Notes: a model not told the origin generated them from the sequence alone. Numbered from the whole stretch's first letter, positions 32,101-46,510 are shown. The stretch is DNA of 63,047 nt, filler included, from Collodictyon triciliatum (GCA_043381765.1; 8 parts of 8 records of this genome joined end to end with filler, not necessarily neighbours in it); one strand, 5' to 3'. Numbers and translations are program-made.

Positions 32101-35100
32101 GGATGCTCGTTTCCGAATTTTTTTTGTCGAATTTCCATGGATTTTGTGTATTCGGCCATCGCCAACACAATACTATAATATGTGATAGGTGAGCAAGTAC
32201 ATTTGTCTACAGAATTCATCAGTTTTCACTTTTATTCGAATCAAAGTATACGGTCATCAATTTTAAAATGTGAGGCAAGTGTAGTTAAATGTTTACTTGG
32301 ACTGCTTCACATAAACATATCCAAAGCAATCATACGATTGAGCCACTTGCAGATCATTCTCGCCCAGCTGTTTGACTCTCAAATCCAGTGATTTCTTATA
32401 TTTCTCGAGAGCCTCATCAATCCTGCATTTATAAATTTTGTGATGTGTTTTTAAATTGAAAATAATATTTTCATTTACTAGAGGTCTCACTTATCTTGCT
32501 GTTGATAAATGATTCCCATCTCTTCATAAATGGTTGCCATTTGCAAATAATCCTCAAGTTTTTCTACTAGATTGAGACATTTCTTGTAATGAACCATGGA
32601 CTCAGACCAGCTGTTTGATGCGTATAAAAGAAAGAATTCAATTAAAATAGTATTTTATGATGACATGAGTAAATACAAAAACAACATATTACACAATATA
32701 TGCATTTATCTCACTTTTTGAGATTTTTGTAGACACGACCAAGATTCAAGTAATCAGCAGCCTTCAAATCTATTGAATTAAGGATTTTGATAATTCAGTC
32801 ATTTTTTTAATTATCAAGATAGCATTCAAGGTTACGAAGCTACTACCTTCTGCAGGATACTTTCCAAGGCGCACATGAAGAATAGATAACAAAAAAGAGT
32901 TTTCAAATGATTCCAGGAAAAACTCTACCAATAAGTCGCCAACATTATCTAGGGACTGAGTAAAAAAAAAAAAATCATCATGAATCAAACCTAAATCAAT
33001 GAGTAGGGTGATATATCAATATCTTTAACAATAGAAATAAAAAGTAAATACCTTCGCTAGAGCTCCGTAAACATCCTTATAATTTGTAACCCCACTTTCG
33101 TTGATTGCTCTCCAACATGTAAAGAATTCATAGCGATGGCGACCACCAAGCATGGTACTGATAACCTACGAAAATACAGTCCGCTGGTGAAAATATATAT
33201 AGAAGGACTAACACACCGATAAATTATAGGATTTGTATAAAATAAGTAATAGACATGTTTTTGCTTCATGTACTCGACAAGCAAATCAAACGAATTGCCC
33301 TTCAAAAGCTGGTAGCATATCTCAGCGGTAAGCTCCTCATCTACATCGAGCGTGTCAGAATATTGACCAAACAACCATTTTCCGTATCTTTCGTGGGTCT
33401 TTTCCATTTCTTGATTTTCAGAAAAGTAGAGAATCTCTGTGGTCTCCAAAAGCAACTGGTGAAAGTACATGTATCTATTATACATTATATTTTAGAGTTC
33501 ATTTCCCAATCTAACGCATTGCCATAGTACAAAATTCAAAAGTTCAAAGTAAAACCTACCTTCCGTTACGAACAAAAAGCGATTCAATCAGAGTAAAGAA
33601 GAAAGATTTCCTATGTAAAAATATATTTGCATCATATTCTCTCCAATAAAACATGGATGAGTAACGATGTTGAAGGTTTCAAATAAAAATATGACTATAC
33701 CATTCGGCAAGCTCGAATTCTGTGCCGATACAATCTTTCATGTAATTGTCAAAATCACTCTCACTCAAGCCAATACGAGAGACCAACAGAACCTTCATTG
33801 AAGAGGACACATACTCGACATCTGATGATTTTATCATAAGATTGCCCCATTGGCATTATAAAATATGTAATGCGGTAAATTCCATGGAATAAGAGACCCC
33901 ACCTTTTTTATCAAACTTTAGTTTCCATCGCTTGATGATAAATGTGTAAAGTTCTATTACACCCTTTGACGAGAGCAATACACTCAATTCTTCATCAAGT
34001 TTCTCATAAACACCGAAAACTCTGACTTCATCAAGAATTATTCGAAGATAGAGTGGATGGCCTGGGAATTAATATGAAACATTATAAGTGATACTGTCCA
34101 ATAAAACAGGATTATTACTTGTACATATTAATTATAAATTACGCATTACCTGTGTATTTCAATTCAAGCAAAATCATGGCAACTTGCTTTTCGTTCAGAG
34201 TCTTGTCATAGCGAACGAGAAATGATTTGACACTATCTTCAACCTCGCCATCGGTCAACTTTGTGACAGGAATGGGCTCCAAACCACCATGCTCGACAGA
34301 CTTGAAACAATTACATGGGAATTAATAATAATAAAAAAAACATATAACAAATAACACTAGAATTCAAATCTTTTTCATAGCATGCCATTTGGAAGGAGAA
34401 AGCTATTGACAAAGAAAAACCTTGCAGGATTCGTGGGTATGAATGGTCGACACAACCATAGCAACCTTAGCTGGTGTTTCTTTGGGCAACCAGGTTAGCA
34501 GATGCGGAGCTGGCGTTCCTTGTGACGAGTGGATTTGGTTGATTGCATCGATGAGGAAGACAAACTTCTCATCCCTAAAAAAAAAAAAAAAAGTAATGAG
34601 TGTAAAAATAATAGTTTATTTTGAAGATCCACGAAGCATTAGTCATAAGAAAATAAATTAACACGCTTTTTACTCATTTTTCTCCTGAATCATTTTCAGC
34701 AAGCCCTGGAGTCCCTCTTTTTCGTATTCTGACATTTAAATGAAGTAAAAAAAAATTCGAAATTGATATGAAAATTAAAATTGAAAAAACGGAAATATAG
34801 ACAGAAATGTAATTACCAGCTTCTTGCTTCTTCACCCCGATAAAGTTGGCAGAGTTTGTGACCAAAGTCCAGAAGCGAATTGAAACACTAAATAAAAACA
34901 AAATCAAAGAAATTACCAGGAACATCACATGAGTTTCTTTCCGACTCAAATAAAAGGAACTTACCTTTCAACGTAGTTGCTGAGGTTGGTGCATCCGACA
35001 AAATGGAAAAAGACATTCAGTCCAGGAAGCTTCTGCCCTTCAAGGTCTCTCGCTGTAGCAGCCATGAGGGATGACTTTCCAATCCCAGACTCGGCAGCAA

Positions 35101-36952
35101 GCACAACGATTTTGGATTTATCCTTATCCAGCTGATTCATAACCTGACAGAGAGAAAAAAAAGGAACCAAATTAAATTTATTACAAATCAAGCAAAGAAA
35201 AAAGAATAAATTAAAATCGACAGTTTATAATTTATTTTTTCATGTAAACTCACTTGTTCCGTGATTGTCTTGAGAAGCTCCTTTCTTCCGCTAAATCCCG
35301 CCAGTCGATGCATCTTGAACTGGTGCTGCGCTTGGTCTTCAGGGTCTCTCATCTGGTTTAAAGAATTATTTGGAAAAAATTATAAATGACACGTATCTAT
35401 CACCAATCAATATTGAAGCTTTTACACCAATAAAAAAAGATAAAAAAATAATACAGTTTGATTCCCAAAGTCACGTTTGATGGCGTAGGAGAGATGGTAA
35501 GTCACAAAGTCCGAATATTCCTTCGCTCCCTTGTAGACAATATGCCCGAACTTGGCCTTGACTTTCCCTTTGAGCTCCTCCTGCCTCTTACGCTAAAAAA
35601 ATGCAATAAAATACATGTCAAAAAATCAAATCATTACATAAACGTAACAGACTTCACTCGTAAACGAAGATAAAAGAATGTCTATTAATTTTTTACCGCC
35701 TCTTCGCTTTCAGCTTGGAATAGCTTTCTTTCTTCCTCGCTTTGAGCATGTTGGACAGCATAGTGCTCATCACGGAGGTAAAAGAAGGCGCGGCTGCATG
35801 CTGGTTTATCAATCAGACAGGCGTGTTGAATCTGAGCATGTGTTTTGATTAGAGGAATGATTTTTTCTTGCTTTTCAAATATTTATCATGGAGTAAATAC
35901 AATGCATAAAATGTAGAGATTCGGCTCACCTCGTACTCAGTCACACTCAACCCAGGCATTCCGTCGATGAATGGGAAGCGGCTATTGGTTTCACTGCGCC
36001 ATTCCACCCAGACATCCTTCATTGTGGCATCAGGTTTGATATTCAGCAGCTCCTCAAGGCGGGCTTGCTTATTCAGCTCCGTTTTGTTCTGGTCAGGAAT
36101 CCAGCCATAACGCGCACCGAGAGAGCACACAAAGTATGGGCATTTTCCAATGGAGTCCAGACAGCGAATCACAACCTATGAAATAAATAAAAGAAAATTG
36201 AGTTTTTCATTTTATAAAATGCAGCATATTCTAAAAAAATTCATAAAAATAATGTTAATAATATTGTGATTACCCATCCCTCGCTACTGTCCTCAGAAGT
36301 CAGTCCCCAGCGCAAATCGATAAAGACAAGGTCCAGTCCCTTCGATTTCGCAAGCCTTTTCAACCTGACATAAATTATATTGATCTTCTTAATAGAGCTA
36401 TATTATCAAATATTAACAAAAATTATTTAAAAAATAAAGTAGATGACTTACTCAGGGGCTCCATTCTTGAAGAACTCGTCTCTTTCACGCTGCATGTCAC
36501 GAAAAGTGGAGGAAAGGAAAACACGGATGACACGCTCATCAAAGACAATGAGTGGCAATGGTGTCGGTGTCACGTATCTTTGTGGGGCCGGATTCCACTT
36601 CTTGTACTGTCTCTCCTTCAGGTCTTCACGAGCGAGCTTCATCTGTTTTTAATTTGAGATTAGATTTCGCAATTATGAATGAATTTTTATTACGCTCATC
36701 AAGTTATTTAATTTCATTGGTCGATTACCTTGTCAAGAAGAATGCAAGTGCGGATGAGGATGACAGAGCCTTTTTCTTCCAGGCCAAGGCCTGTATGAAT
36801 AAATGTGTTTAATCTTTTCTTGAAAAAAATAACGAAGCATCACTCGATGTAATCAAATTAAAGACAATATATTTCTTGCCTTGAAAAGTGAACGGGGCTT
36901 TTGCTCTTTCGTAGAGCTTCTTGGCAATATCGTACCTCTCATGACATTTTTT
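29175..36952 (-). CDS. NLR-like STAND protein: (TPR-like)-DUF4062-NACHT/P-loop-TPR repeats-pentapeptide repeats-7xWD40-Sel1; 5' end lost at contig end
   Basis: IRVFLSSTFRDMQRERD, IDLRWG, LGARYGWIP and SVTEYEI (DUF4062); Walker A AESGIGKS (about 35075-35095); Walker B FVFLIDAINQ; GHPLYL; TPRs (ALEKYKKSLDLRVKQLGE, TLEIRKRTLGEKH). A phase-2 splice from about 31437 to 31281 joins these in frame to the ORF ending at 29175. Confidence 0.85.
29596..30522 (-). repeat. Seven 135-nt (45-aa) WD40 coding repeats with an IQGPNGExWLASGS insert
   Basis: ccttgaat/a recurs every 135 nt (about 29662, 29797, 29932, 30067, 30202, 30337, 30472). Confidence 0.9.
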
Positions 36953-37011
36953 CTATGATTTGGATGTAAGGTTTTAACTCCCATCACATTTTTTTGATAG
37001 CGGTAAAAAAC

Positions 37012-37107
<96 letters not shown>

Positions 37108-40100
37108 NNNNNNNNNNNNNNNNNNNNNNNNNNNNNNNNNNNNNNNNNNNNTTAATTAATTAANNNNNNNNNNNNNNNNNNNNNNNNNNNNNNNNNNNNN
37201 NNNNNNNAAGAAATCCATGCGTCTCTTATCAAGCCTCAAGGACCTCTCTTTTCCCTTTTTTCTTTTATCTTTATCCCTGTTTTTCTTTTCTATCTCCCAC
37301 ACATCCCTACCTACTTTGGAACTACTTGCCTGATGGTTGAATGAAAGATTGTTGAGACGGGCTCGACAGCTAAGACTTTTAGAATAAAAAAAATGTGATT
37401 GAAGTGATTGAATGACTAGCAATTATAGTATTCATCTTTATTCCTTGCTATATTTGATGTTGAAACGATCGCTAACCTCTTATTCTGATGACCAAGACAC
37501 CAGCCCCATTTTTTCCACTTTTGTTCCGCCCATTATTTTATCTTTGATTTTTGCTTTGAATTCCCTGTGTGACTAAAATTCATTATAAAAAAACAATTTG
37601 TACTTGTGTCCTTGTCTCGCAAATCCCGACCAACTCCTTCAAATCAGTTTGAACAACTTCAGACCCGAATCATTCCCACATATTAAACACACTTTCATCA
37701 TTTCTATAGACACAGTCACTCAATAAATCAAGAACCACTTTGTCTCTGGACCATCAAACCCAAACACCAGTACAACACAACACGACTTTCGAATCCCTAT
37801 AGCGCATGGGCAATTGTTATCTATTAACACAAAGCAAACCAAAAAAAAACCACCGATCAACATATAGGACCAGGAAAACTGAAAAAAACCTAACAAGAAA
37901 ACATAGCTTTAGTTTCATCAAAAAGTGAAGGTTCAAACCTATGCAAGTCTTTAACCTTGTCAGAAAGCCAAAAAACTTAATCGAGAGCGGGGTTGTCCAT
38001 CAATCTCTGGGAATTAATACTAATTGTAAAGATACAAGCAAGGTCAAAAGATGATTCTTTTCAGCAAAGCTAAATATGATCGGCTCTGTTCCTGCCTTGT
38101 TTGATCCCAGGGTTCTGTTTTTACTTACCAAACCCCAACTCAAAACTCTCATAAAACTCATTTAAACATCAAAATAATTATGAATTCAAGTATTTTAATT
38201 GCATATGCTATTTGTCAAGGCTCTCATTTATACAGCAATTCGCGAGTCAAGGAGAACCGGGACGATTCGATTCACGGAGCATCCTGTAGTAGAGCATTTT
38301 TGGCCACTCATCCACAATATCTGAACTACCCAACTCTTTATATTCATTTTATTCTTTTATCACCGTAGCCATAGTCTTAGATTTATGGAATCATTCATAG
38401 TATATATTGGAATCTAATCACATCTCGTACAGCTTGGAACAATTTTCATGGGCCCGACAGCGACTAAGTCTTTGATTGCTCTGCTGCATACATCACACTC
38501 ACTTAGATGGAGTCTTCCAACGACGCAGCCTTATAATACACCCCATTTAGTCAGATACTTGCATCCATATTGGTTTTTTTCTTGTGGTTGCTTTTCTCTT
38601 CTCAACTCGACCTTTTTTTATGGTATTCGCTAATTAAAGAAAAATGAAAACATTTTCTCACCTATATATCATAAGAACATACCCTCTTCCCTCTTAATTT
38701 TTATTTTTCCATTAAGTGAAACTGCCGTCAATATAGCATGCTTGGAAGTTTAATATCAGGATAACACACTAAGCTCCTCATCGCTTCCTGCGCCTGACAT
38801 TGTTGATGAGAAAGGGCAAGTGATCAATTATCTATGGATGTCTCTTTAATATGATTGTTAAGTTTTATCAATCACGGGCTGTGTCAAAATAAATGTCGAT
38901 ATTTATTATTATTTTTCATGTTTTATATACCATACCTAGATGAACCACACTGCCCATAGGATAGAGAAAATGGCTGAGCTGTGGTCAAAAAGAGAGGGAA
39001 AATTCAACTTTAATGACTGCACCCCTACGATTGAATGTTCATTCGGCATCAGAAATGTAATAGTGAAACCTTTTTACCATGAAACTCTATCGAATAATCA
39101 AAGTTTTTCATACTTAGCATATGATGTAATATTATAAAAATAATGTTTATTTAATCTGCAACATTAATAGTTCACTATTTTACTCACCACCACCGAAGAA
39201 GAGGAAGAAATCCGTGTGATCAAAAGGCGAGCACTCAATTTACTGTTTTTGATATTTGTTAGCCCATTATTATATTGATTTACTTCTTTCAAATTAAAGA
39301 ATCGTTTCCATCAACTAATATATTTCATATTCAACAGATTATAAGCAATAGCTGATATACTTGCATAAAATCTTCAAAGGCACTAGTGGGCATGGTAAGA
39401 CTAATGTTTTTGATTTTTTTGGTGAACTCCAAAGAAATATACTTGATTTTATAATTGAATTGGTCACTAAAAATTTTGGAAACATAAAAAACAATAATCC
39501 ATTCTAATAGTTCAGAGATAGTCGCCCTATCAACGCGGCACTTTTAGTCACAAAATCACACTTCAATCAGCCGATACGAAGCATGATACATTTTACATGA
39601 ATTAATACATATGTCTTTTGATTTTATGATTCTAAGCAAACGATAGAGTCTGTTTTTTTATAATCTTGGTAAATTCTAAAATCAAACTTTCATAGGGCAT
39701 ACATGAAATTGGTGATGTATGATACATAAGAAAAGATGTTCGAAAAACAAGAGTGATTGAATTTTACGAGATAAAAAGATTTTAAGAGAATGATACCAGG
39801 TATCTTTTTAATATACAAAGTGACGACAACTGTAATTATTTATGCATTCTCAGAGTGGAATCTAACAAAAGCTTTTCATACTAGTACTTGACGAACTTTC
39901 AAGAAGGGCTCATATTCCCTATCTCATGGCACAAGGGTCTTTGCACTCGCGTTTTTTGGTTTTATACAAGTCATTCTGTGAGTTTTGATCGTTTCATTTT
40001 ATTAAGAATATCTATTTTATTTATCTTATAGATTCAAGTCTTAGGTTATTGAAAAAAATTCAATACATCGAAAAACTCATAATTAAAATGTTCGTCGCAC

Positions 40101-40857
40101 ATTTCACAAGAGAGTGGAATCTTAAAGCATGATTTCATTAGCATTCTGATAGTAGAACAATTTGGTTCTGATCAGATTTTATCATACACCAAACCAGGTA
40201 TGATTTACTTCAAAAAACGAAAATATGATCAGAATGTAAATTTCATTTGACACCAAATTTATCACATGGTTGATATTCAATAATAGAAAAAAAATACACA
40301 AACTAAGTTTTAATTAGTTAAGCAACATATTAGCATGATGTTTATCAATCAATTTATTCTTAATTTAGGTCTTTCATCGATAAACGGTTCAACCTGGCTT
40401 CTTCATGTACCCAACTGAAAAATCGCATTATTTGATTCAATATGTCATATCAAGCATAAATTATTCATCTTCAATCGGAAACTGTTCAAACTAAGGTTAT
40501 GGAAAAAATCAGATACATTCGAAAATAGAAGTGACAAAAGACAAAATCCGTGGGAAAGGGAACTGTTTCAATTTACTACTTGGAGGAGGGAGGAGGGATG
40601 GTTGACCAGAAGCTCCTAGTTTTCCCGATGGTCTGAAGTAGAGGTCTAAGAACGTACGGTGGGTGGTGTTGTGTTATGTGAATTGATTATGTCTTTGTCC
40701 AGTCATTCACCACCAAAAATATAATTAATCATAATTTTCTTTGTAAATTTCTGTCATCAAAAGTCATGTACATTTTTTGCGGTAAGGAGGCTTTATCTAA
40801 TTTGGAAACATTACCTATTTAACATATAAAATACAGCATGCATAAAGTCGAATAGTT

Positions 40858-43800
40858 TTTAATTAACAAATTTCACTTGTAAAAATATTACTTATAGTGA
40901 TATTAAAAAAATCCTATAGAATTAAGAATCATCAGAGTCTGGCCATGCTATTTACTTTACTATTAAGTTGTAAATTCAAATTTTTCCATGAAATAAATGG
41001 TATCAATAATGTAATATTTATAATATAATTGCCTCAGCAATATATATATTTTAACTAATGAAGTTTAATCAAAATGAATGGTCTGCCTACAGAATCTTCA
41101 TAATACGTCGTTTTTTATCGATTTTATTATATTGCATACATTTCATACTCTAACGTTACAAAAACTCTTCATATGGTGTATGTGCAATAAAAGCTTTTTA
41201 TATGCAGAATCTTGGTATCCGTATCTTAAATTCCGGTTTAATTAAATGAATAGATACACTTTTAGATCAAATGTGATTTTAAAAAAACTAACTAACCAAC
41301 ATATGAACCATTATGTTATCCAAAACACCCACACCATATCCCTGCTAAAAACTAGTTTGCCGCTGAATGATACATCACCCCTCCCCTTGACCGACCTGCA
41401 ATATTTGTTCCACAACTTCACGCCCATACCCATCACTTAACTAGAACTTGTTTGTTTCTCCAAGTGAAAATAATTTGTAGGTTTACCGCTAAAAAAAGAA
41501 ATCAATTTTATAAATAATCATTATCAAAACATCTAAATTAGATAAATTTTCTCCTTTATTTATTCATATATCGATTTATCAAATCCAACAAACAAACCCA
41601 CCCCTTCCAATTCTAAATTAAACAGAGGTAATAAGAAAGCATACCGATATTCATTTTTGTGTTTCCCACAAATAGCCAAGAATATGGTTGACGTTTCAAG
41701 CCCTTTTTATTTTTTTTACGATGATAATCATTCACATATATTCATAAAATCCTTTTTTAATGCATCCACACATGTTTTGTATATTCATGTTGATTTCGAG
41801 AATGATTAATCTATCTAATCCACCATATAAAGTATGATACCTATCATCGTTTGATATTGTTCGGTTTACTCATATTTGATCAATACATGAATAATTTTAT
41901 TCAATATCATAACTTTAGTCTTATCTATAGTATAATAGACTTATTTTATCCTGAGTTTCAAAGAAATTTTATAGCACACAGTTTAGAAATTCTTGGTGAA
42001 ATATAGGATTTATTTATGACATATCACGATTAATCGTCAAAATAATAAATCACTTTTATGTCAGTATGATTAGGTTTTGATCATTGTAGTCGATTCTTGT
42101 TCAATGATAAATTATATATCTATGGTTATTGTGAAAAATATGTCACTTAAAGAGAGGTTGATCAGGAATCACTATTTAGATACTTTTGATAGAAATTCAG
42201 ATAATTAATTAAATGAATAAGAAAATAAATGCAAAATAATGCTCAAAATGGTTGTAAATAATGATATCAATTAGAGATAATATCAAATACTCATACAGCA
42301 TCTTCTGGTTTTCCATCAGTTGTTAATGAAATTTTACCGAATATTAGGATGTGATTTATCGCTGAAGCCCCTATTCTGTACATGGATGATTATACTTCAA
42401 GGGTCAACATATTTTAAATATAATCAATAATGAAGTTGACTGAAAGAAAATTTGATAATTTATATTAAATCATAATTTCAATTCCCAAACAGAGGTCATC
42501 GAAATCCATGTTCAAAATAAAATTGTTTTATTTGCTCCTGTATGATAATCATGCAATATAGTCAAGCAAACATGATTTATTTTTTCATTGAATCGAGTAT
42601 AATTTTCGAATAATATGACTATTTTACAACTATGATGGTTTGATTAATTTTAATGTAAAATTTAATGGAAAAATTAAATGACTCGAATTAGTAAAGTTTA
42701 CGTTTTTTTATTAATATGAACATGATAATGAGTAATTAATAATTGTTTGATAAATTTTTCTACCAGAATTTATGAATATATTTATAATCTATTTTTCAAT
42801 ACAAGTATTAAAATATATTTTCAATAATGAAGTAATTTTTCAAAGGATTCTAATCATTATGATTCTTAAATTTTATGAGATTAAGTTTTGATATCAATGA
42901 ATTTGATAATGTTTATCCGATTAATAATTTATTACTACTCTCACTTAAACATAAAATCTCTAAGTATATTTATTTTCAATTTATGTAATTACATCATACA
43001 GCTTTTACGATTAATCAATATACCAATTGATAAATAATTAAAATTGTATGTAATTGACCAGTCATTATATTTTACACATCGTATCGTTCGTTCACCCTTT
43101 ATTTTGGAATGCTGAGAAATTCAATACGAGTTTTATGTTCAATGTATGGTATTTTTGATCAATTAATTAAAATATGGATTTTTTGTAAATTAAGAAGCCA
43201 TTATAAAGAATACACAATTTAGAATCAATATAATAATTATTTCTTAATTTTTCAAAATTTATATACGTGATATGTGAACAAAATCAAAGCAAATGCTCAA
43301 CATGGTTTTCCTTGATAATATATTTTATTCAAAATCTGACTTATTGAATGTCATGGTACTCATAACATATACCTGTTTTCTCATATTGCTTTCTTTTAAA
43401 ATAACATTAGTTGTTTTAATGATAATTTAACACACGTATTATTTATAGACTTTGTATAAATTTTTGATTTTAAAGCGCTTATTATTGATTGAAAAAGTCT
43501 TCTGTGGAATCGTCGGCTATATTAGTTACTATTATATATTGATTTAGAGCTTATAATAACCATGACTATTGGTCTAAACCAAATATAATAGGATATTTTA
43601 TCACCTAAACTTAAGTTTAAATTATGTCCTATTATTTATTCACATGTATTTATTCATAATAAGCCTACTTTGTATGAACTCCGTGTTTACTTTTACTATT
43701 GTTAGTCGTAAAATAGATTGCTTTGATTTCTAAATAGGGTTTATCTAATAATAAATTATTGAAGTTTTTTAACTACCACATCAAAATCTACATATAACTG

Positions 43801-44256
43801 GTAGAAAATGACTATGTTAAAAATATTATACTGGACAAATGAACCATTTCATGGGTCTGCATTGGTCGATGTATCATTTAATATCGATTTATTTTTTAAT
43901 TGTAGACTATGTTTCACTTTTTTAATTACTTTTATGAATCAACTGATTTATTCGCAATAATATCAAACAAAATGTTGTGAGCTCATCAATTGATATGAAC
44001 AAGAGTTCTTACATATTGAGAGATTTTTTATATAATGGTTATTGATTTAAGTTCTGTAGTTGGTTTATGTTTATTTATTTTTGAATCAAACGGAAATCAT
44101 TTGAGAGAGAGATACATTCGATATTAGCTTACTAAACTAACATTTTCTTTGGTATAAAAGCTTATCCAAAAATTTCTACATGAATTTGAAAAATTTTCTA
44201 TTTTATTTGTAGAATGACATGGAATTCAATGTCTTTTGCAGCCATGTTGCTGTTGG
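40858..44256 (+). repeat. Diverged non-coding duplicate, copy 1 (upstream of secreted WD40 gene A)
   Basis: Colinear with 46511-50044: shared blocks tttcacttgtaaaa, gccgctgaatgatac..cttcacgcccatacc..ctagaacttgt, gcataccgatatt, atattaggatgt..gcccctatt..tatacttcaa, atgctgagaaa. Confidence 0.9.
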
Positions 44257-46405
44257 GTGTGTTATTAATTTTTATGATTTTCATGTTTATTTTTCGAATC
44301 AAACGCATATTATTTATTTTAAATGTATTTTTAGGATTAATAATATGCAATCCAGTGTGTCATGTTAAAGGACAAGATCACTTGATTCGCACATTGCTAG
44401 GGCACTCTAATCACATTCGTAGAGTAGCTATTTCTTCTGATGGTGCGAAAATCGTTTCTGCAAGTTGGGATACAACAATCAAAATATGGAATCTCTCTGA
44501 TGGAGCTTTAATTCGCACACTGACAGGTCATACTGACAAAGCTGAAGGTATTTCAATTACTACTGATGGTTCAAACATTGTTTCTGGAAGCTTCGATGGG
44601 ACATTAAAAATCTGGAATCTCTCTGATGGAGCTTTGATTCGCACATTGACTGGTCATACCAATTATGTCTACAGCCTTACTATTACTCCTGATGGTTCAA
44701 AAATTGTCTCTGCAAGTAGGGATAGTACAATCAAAATTTGGAATCTTTCTGATGGAGCTTTAATTCACACATTGACTGGCCATACCAACGAAGTTACAAA
44801 TGTTGCTGTTAACCCTGATGGTTCAAAATTTGTTTCTGCAAGTTACGATAATACAATCAAAATTTGGAATCTTTCGGATGGGTCTGTGATTAGCACATTG
44901 GCAGGTCATACAAGTTATGTTGAAGGTGTTACTGTTACTCCTGATGGCTCAAAAATTGTTTCTGGAAGCTTCGATAGTACAATCAAAATCTGGAATCTTT
45001 CTGATGGAGCGTTGATTCGTACATTGATTGGTCACACAAGTGTTGTTTGGAGTGTTGCTATTACTCCTGATGGCTCAAAAATTGTCTCTGGAAGTAATGA
45101 TGGAACAATCAAAATCTGGAATCTTTCTGATGGAGCGTTGATTCGTACATTGATTGGTCACACAAGTGCTGTTTGGAATGTTGCTATTACTCCTGATGGC
45201 TCAAAAATTGTCTCTGGTAGTGCTGATAGTACGATTAAAATTTGGGGAATACCTGAGATGGCTCTTCAATCCCGTTCAAAGAGCAAGTCCCGCTCCAAGT
45301 CCCAACCTAAATCTCAATCTCAATATCAATCCCAAGATGAATACCAATATCAATCCCAAGATGAATACCAATATCAATCTCAAGATGAATACCAATATCA
45401 ATCTCAATTCTCATATCAATCTCAGTTCGAGTCCCAATTCCAATCTCCTTCAGAGTCTCCAGTTGTTCGCTCTGTAGACTGGTATGAAAAGAAAAACTAT
45501 GAAAAATTTGGATTTGAAGTCGAGATTTATAACGGGATTGCAGTGATTTCAGTGCCATTCTGCCAAACACCTAATATCCCGGAGAAGTGCAACGGAGGCT
45601 TCATTCTGACATACAAGTTAGATGGAACTTCTGGCTTGTGGATTGGCCTTAGCAAAATCAAGAATCCGTTCCTGAACCGAGACAACATGTTTGGCTTCAA
45701 CATGATTTTGAATGCGCACTATCTGATAGTCTCTGCACCGAAGTCAAAGTACATAAACACTGAAATCGGTGTTGTGGTTTTGTACACATGGAACGCAGGG
45801 CAAGATGCCTTCGTCAAAGACTCTATCATCCGCTACAGAAATACATCGAAGAATTTCGAACTCGGTGCTGCCATCTCAAATATCAACAACATCGTAGCCA
45901 TCGGAATGCCTGTGTATGACCACTCTAAAGCTGTCACAAACGCTGGATGTGCGCACATATACAAAAGGATGGACAATGGCGGATGGGGCACGAGAGTCAC
46001 CATTACTGCTCCGAACCCAAAGCTGAATGACCGCTTCGGCCAGTCCGTGTCCCTTGGAAGCGTTACAGTATTGGCAGTATCCAACAATCCCGAGACATTG
46101 TCCGACCAAGCTGTGTTTGTCTATGAATTCAAGGACAGAAAATGGAAGGTTTCACAGACCATCACTGACGTCAACAAGCTCGGATTTGGATGGGTTATTG
46201 AATTCAATACAAACGTCCTCTTTGTTTCCGCTGTGAATGATGGCACTACCGCCACCAATTCCGGGTCGATTCTGATCTACACACTTAACAATTATGGCCA
46301 ATATGCGTTTGCATCCACAATCAAGCCAAAGACTGTCGTTGCTGGGAAGCACTTTGGATTCAGCTTCAGCTTTTCTACGGATGGAGACCGACTTGCTGTG
46401 GGAGC
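44214..46405 (+). CDS. Secreted/surface protein A: signal peptide, 7 WD40 repeats, S/Q/Y-rich linker, FG-GAP (integrin-alpha-like) repeats; intron 44257-44334; 3' truncated
   Basis: Spliced N-terminus MTWNSMSFAAMLLLGLIICNPVCHVKG-QD; 7 x 42-aa GH..WN repeats; QYQSQDEY x3; FG..vs...lavgap-like units (MFGFNM..LIVSAP, DRFGQSVSL..LAVS, HFGFSFSFSTDGDRLAVG). Confidence 0.85.
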
Positions 46406-46510
46406 NNNNNNNNNNNNNNNNNNNNNNNNNNNNNNNNNNNNNNNNNNNNTTAATTAATTAANNNNNNNNNNNNNNNNNNNNNNNNNNNNNNNNNNNNNNN
46501 NNNNNTATTT

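Noticed and set aside
37208-39300. Exon-like or decayed coding patches upstream of gene A
   Set aside because: Short frames with stops on both strands; no consistent model or homology recognised.
40570-40650. Weak inverted similarity to the conserved block at 41410-41470 (acttggag..ctagtt..gatgg..tgaagt)
   Set aside because: Too short and gapped to distinguish from chance by eye.
44257-44334. In-frame 78-nt hydrophobic segment read as a transmembrane anchor in ORF 44214..46457
   Set aside because: It is a GT-AG intron at the same position as 50045-50116 in the paralogue, where it contains an in-frame TAA.
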